DNA of 64,000 nt, from assembly GCF_006345805.1 (NCBI RefSeq), contig NW_021836305.1, forward strand, positions 1 to 64,000, read 5' to 3'. The notes below the pieces were generated by a model. The model was not told where the DNA came from, did not search any database, and was given only the letters and a program-made list of their open reading frames with translations. Within the stretch, counting starts at the first letter, position 1. Each line of letters begins with the position of its first letter. The translations under genes were made by a program, and so were the position numbers. This document shows, piece after piece, positions 61,675 through 64,000 of this stretch. Source of the DNA: Octopus sinensis. Taxonomy: Eukaryota.

Positions 61675-61998
61675 CAATGATTTTCAACCATTTTGTTTTT
61701 ACCTGTGGACTCCTTTGATCACTATTCTATTCTAGCGGGCCCCGAAAGCCATCTGATGTTTAAATACTAGTTTTATAGACGCTTCTTTCAAAATACGTAT
61801 TTTGTTCTTCACACATCAACCAGTTTAGGTTGAACTACGTAAAATGTTAAAGAAAGAAATCAAGTTGTTCCTTGCAATAAATACATCTATATGAACGTTG
61901 TTTCATGAGCCCTTAAAATACTACTGTGGATCCTTAATTTACTATTTTACTTGCGTGGACTCCAAATTTCTTATAAGGACCCCATTTGAGAACCACTG
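61675..61998. mobile_element. hAT (Charlie-like) MITE, decayed
   Basis: CAATGATTTTCAA / TTGAGAACCACTG ends; similar 8-mers GTTTAAAG and GTTTAAGC on the flanks. Confidence 0.6.
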
Positions 61999-62382
61999 GT
62001 TTAAGCAACCTTGTAATATTTTTTACATTGTCTTTTCGATTTTCAGAATTATTTAATAGTTTGTTCAACTTCTTCTTGGTTGCTTCTGACTAGTTCTGAA
62101 CTACAACAGGCATAGGCAACCTTTTATGAGAAGCAGGCTGCATGAAACATGACTTGTCATCAGGTGGGTCGCACTACTGAAAATAAAAGTAATTTTCTTT
62201 GGCGTGCTATTCGGAAAAATCCGCGGATTGCAGGTTGTCCAATGACTGATCTAGAACAATACAACTGAAAGTGGTGGTCGCGAACCGGTACCAGCCCGCG
62301 AGCCATTAGCTGCTGGTACACGGCGAGTTTCCAGAAAAGAAAGAAACATCACAAAATGCTTATATAATATATATTTATTTAC

Positions 62383-62745
62383 TCTTTTACTTGTTTCAGT
62401 CATTTGACTGCAGCCATGCTGGAGCACCGCCTTTAGTCAAGCAAATTGCCCCCAGGACTTATTCTTTGTAAGCCCAGTACTTATTCTATCGGTCTAATTT
62501 GCCGACCCGCTAAATTACGGGGACGTAACACAACAGCATCGGTTTTCAAGCTATGTTGGGGGGACTAACATAGACACACAAACATAGACACACATAAGCA
62601 CACACACACACATATATATATATGTATACGACGGGCATCTTTCAGTTTCCCTCTACCAAATCCACTCACAAGGCATTGGTCGGCCCGAGGCTATAGTAGA
62701 AGACACTTGCCCAAGGTGCAACACAGTGGGACTGAACCCGGAGCC
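62383..62745 (-). mobile_element. Family-A SINE in intron of gene 2
   Basis: Near-colinear with 645-1022. Confidence 0.8.
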
Positions 62746-63408
62746 ACAAAATAAATATAAGATAAAAAAATGGTCAACTCTTATTATATTCATTATATGT
62801 ATTGTTTCCGGTATAAATTAATATTACTAAGAAATATCACTGGTCCCTGGCACATTGGATGAAAAACACCCTGGTGGTATGCCCCATCAGATAGTTTGAG
62901 AAGCCTTTGTCTAGAGGATACTCATTGTTGATATGTATGACATAATGCAACAATGCATGGAATAGCGTGGTCAGTTGTTACACCGTTGTGATGTTGCAGA
63001 CTATAGATATGCGATGTGAAGTAAGGATGTCCAATATTCTAAAAGAAAGACAGAGAATGGAGCAGTCAAGGAAAGTATTCTAAGATGTCTCGTTAACATT
63101 CACTTGTTAATAGTAAAAATTTCGTTTAAATATAAATATTTTTTAAAGAAAGAGTGGTCTTAGGTAGATTAATATCAAAAGGATTTAGTAGCAGCCTCCC
63201 TAAATTCATTCACCTATTTCAAATTCTAGATCCTAAGTCTGAAAGAACATGCAAATTAGCTAGACCAGCCTTGTTACTGCTTCCCTCCTCAATATCTGAA
63301 ATGTGTGTGTGTGTGTGTGTAGGGTCAGGTTTTAGCCAGGCCCATTGATCCACAAACTCAGGAAACAAACAAGTTTCATTTCCTTGTAATCCATTTTCTC
63401 TATTTTAG

Positions 63409-63510
63409 GATCTGGCATTTTCATTTCGCCGAAGGGCGTTCTTGAAGCGAGCAAGTCTGTTGGATTGACCATGATTGTATGGCTTGGATGTGGTGTCATT
63501 ACCATGCTCT
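63409..63510 (+). CDS. SLC7A9: SLC7A9-like gene 2, second coding exon (102 bp)
   Basis: ttttag/GTGAGT; (G)[33 protein letters not shown] carries the SLC7 GSGIF.SPKGVL signature; phase matches the previous exon. Confidence 0.93.
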
Positions 63511-64000
63511 GTGAGTACTTGCTTTATTTTTTTCTTTGTTCTCTGTTTTTCTCTCGTTCTCTCTCTTTCAATCTCTCTCTCACTCTATCTTACTCTTTAA
63601 TCTATTTCCAGCATTCTAAATTCTTCAGTAATACACAATTTTATCATAGTGTGTGTGTTAACTAAAGTACTGAGAAAATAGGAGAGTGAGAAATTGCTTT
63701 AAATGTTTACACCTAATAAACCTAGATCTAGTCACACTCTTTTTTTGCCCTTTGCTACTTGGGCAGTTGGGTATTAAAAGCTGCAGAGAACTGCTGCAAT
63801 CAAACACTTGTCTGACGATGCTGAAAAGAGCTCAATGTAGATATAGGCGAAGAAACATGACCAGTAGACCTAGTTATGGATTCCATTGGTTATTTACGGG
63901 AATATAAGAAAAGAATTGGGTCCTTCTTCGGTCAGAATGGCCTAGTGGGCTGAAACTCACACCTGGGAACACGGGTTCACAAAAAGAACGACCCAGGTTC

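Noticed and set aside
62105-62330. Possible hAT MITE ends (CAGGCATAGGCAACCT / AGGTTGTCCAATGACTG)
   Set aside because: The TIR match is weak and no convincing TSD was found; left unannotated.

Overview
AT-rich, microsatellite- and SINE-dense animal DNA, most consistent with an octopod cephalopod (inferred from the SINE/RTE repertoire and the very long GC-rich rRNA expansion segments). The window holds the last five coding exons of a b(0,+)AT/SLC7A9-like amino-acid transporter (5376-17025, +) and the first two coding exons of a second tandem paralog (61524-63510, +). Between them lies a ~12.2-kb, 3'-truncated 45S rDNA unit (38151-50340): IGS with three spacer-promoter copies and ~190-bp subrepeats, putative Pol I promoter, 5'ETS, 18S with a ~400-nt core deletion, ITS1 with 359-bp repeats, 5.8S, ITS2, and 28S broken at the end of D8. 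The unit is flanked by a ~4.6-kb direct duplication of host DNA (33397-38151 and 50339-54867). Removing one copy plus the rDNA restores a continuous CR1 LINE and a continuous mariner 5' end, so the structure reads as a templated insertion with a giant target duplication. A haplotype or assembly artefact is not excluded. The rest is decayed mobile DNA: CR1, RTE, Tx1/L1, a CRE-type RLE element, several Penelope-like elements with hammerhead-ribozyme-like motifs (one with an atypical CAGAAGA core), mariner, Tc1, pogo/Tc2 and hAT MITEs, and SINEs. Coordinates were read by eye; repeat boundaries may be off by a few to tens of bases.
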